Below are positions 25,631 to 26,819 of a stretch of DNA of 26,819 nucleotides, piece after piece. This DNA is from a virus (Duplodnaviria > Caudoviricetes). The DNA lies in the IMG/VR virus record IMGVR_UViG_3300003375_000118, positions 1 through 26,819 of that record; one strand, written 5' to 3'. Numbering within the stretch: position 1 is the first letter of the stretch; each line of letters begins with the position of its first letter. The translations under genes were made by a program, and so were the position numbers. The notes under the pieces are model-generated. The model was not told the origin of the DNA. It searched no databases and worked only from the letters and a program-made list of their open reading frames with translations.

Positions 25631-25974
25631 GTATCTAATAATTGTATAATTACGTATGAGAATTACTTATAAGTTATATAAAAAGGTAATACTGTATGGA
25701 ATACTAGCTAGTTCAATGCCATCCACCAAAGAGAATTCCTAAGGTGGGTAGGGTCATTACATTAACGATAACGTTAATATATAAAATAAATACACATCAT
25801 ATACGTTCCCTACTATTGATAATATCAACACTATAAGTACTAACTATACGATGTGTATTGCCATGTTATGACTACATTCTATGGTCTTATGTAATTGATT
25901 TCTTATTTTGATTAATGGGTATTAAATAATTAAAGATTATAGTATAGATGATAGCTATGTGCTGTATGGTATTA

Positions 25975-26355
25975 TTACTTATTTATTAATTTATCAATCT
26001 TTTCCCTATGATGGAAATGTACATGACCGTAATTACCACGTTCGTATATGTCATTTATCTCATTATATAGAAAGTTCCAATAATCATTGTTATTTCCTTT
26101 GGCACCCTTGGCACTTGCACTCAGAACATTTTTGAATTCAGTGAAAATCCGATAATTTATATTGCTAGGTTGAGCCTCCTCAATTGAAATATCTGCCACA
26201 ATATGCATTATAATTTCATTATCCATTCTGTTCACCAGTTCAAGCCATACTAGGTTTCCGTATGGCTTACCGTCATGATACATGATTATGTCGTATTTAT
26301 TTGATATTTGCACGGTGCAATATTTCCTACCGATGTTCTTTTTATTTACTTTCAT
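25975..26355 (-). CDS. Hypothetical protein
   Basis: 126-aa ORF with no recognised motif. Confidence 0.6.
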   Translation of the reverse strand: MKVNKKNIGRKYCTVQISNKYDIIMYHDGKPYGNLVWLELVNRMDNEIIMHIVADISIEEAQPSNINYRIFTEFKNVLSASAKGAKGNNNDYWNFLYNEINDIYERGNYGHVHFHHREKIDKLINK

Positions 26356-26401
26356 ACTAGTATTATATACGTTTTTATTAGATTGTAAAGAAGTATATTA
26401 A

Positions 26402-26818
26402 TTATAATTTGATATACTTACCTAAATTAATATCAATTCTATATACCGAATCCATCTCAGTTTCTCCGTTATTGTGATTTAATAGTGGTGTATTAGTGTG
26501 ATTATTACTATTAATGGCATTGATTATGTGCTCACCGTTTAATATTAGCATGGTCTTCAGTGGGCTATCTAGAAATACTATGCATGATTGGTATGCTTTA
26601 TTAATGAAGTACTTACCTTTACGTTTGAATACATTAATATAGCTTCTATTCAGATTACTAGTCCAGAATAAATTATGTTCCACTTCAACTCCTATACTGT
26701 AATTAGGTGTGATTAGATCTATACCATACACATCTGGATTATCTATGAGGTGTATTCCTATAGATTTGAAATAGTTACTTACAATATTACGTGATATGGC
26801 ATCGTGCTGATTGAATAA
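26402..26818 (-). CDS. Putative PD-(D/E)XK-like nuclease, 5'-truncated by the window edge
   Basis: Frame stays open upstream of the tracked GTG to the window end (...YFKSIGIHLIDNPDVYGIDL...GVEVEH..W); ID...EVE resembles a PD-(D/E)XK core. Confidence 0.5.
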   Translation of the reverse strand, partial: LFNQHDAISRNIVSNYFKSIGIHLIDNPDVYGIDLITPNYSIGVEVEHNLFWTSNLNRSYINVFKRKGKYFINKAYQSCIVFLDSPLKTMLILNGEHIINAINSNNHTNTPLLNHNNGETEMDSVYRIDINLGKYIKL

Positions 26819-26819
26819 T

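Noticed and set aside
1-26819. Stop-codon reassignment, diversity-generating retroelement, tRNAs, integrase
   Set aside because: Genes are intact and tightly packed under the standard code. I saw no reverse transcriptase, no adenine-specific repeat pair, no tRNA-like sequence and no recombinase motif.

Overview
AT-rich (roughly one-third GC) tailed-phage DNA. A complete lambda-like morphogenesis operon lies on the minus strand: terS, a small inserted ORF, GpA-type terL, gpW-like, lambda-type portal, S49 protease (split at an A9 run), scaffold, major capsid, neck/tail-completion genes, two tandem tail-tube paralogues, tail chaperone, tape measure, Cys-rich tail proteins, tail fibre and a holin-like gene. 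Small genes and a lipoprotein (u-spanin-like) follow at the left end. A T4-gp55-like sigma factor is on the plus strand. I recognised no replication, integrase or endolysin genes. Three non-coding signals stand out. (1) Four dispersed 36-nt hairpin repeats show compensatory base changes; each sits just after its own sigma70-type promoter on the plus strand and is followed by a variable segment. In one copy that segment is an exact 15-nt antisense match to the start of both tail-tube genes, a candidate scaffold+guide small-RNA system. (2) A TAGACACYA motif occurs at 8 gene boundaries, a candidate promoter for the phage sigma factor. (3) Bases 1-101 are a perfect inverted copy of 24690-24790, and the sequence after the right copy completes the gene cut at the left edge, suggesting long inverted terminal repeats, an inversion or a chimera. 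All product calls come from motifs and synteny by eye; no database search was run.
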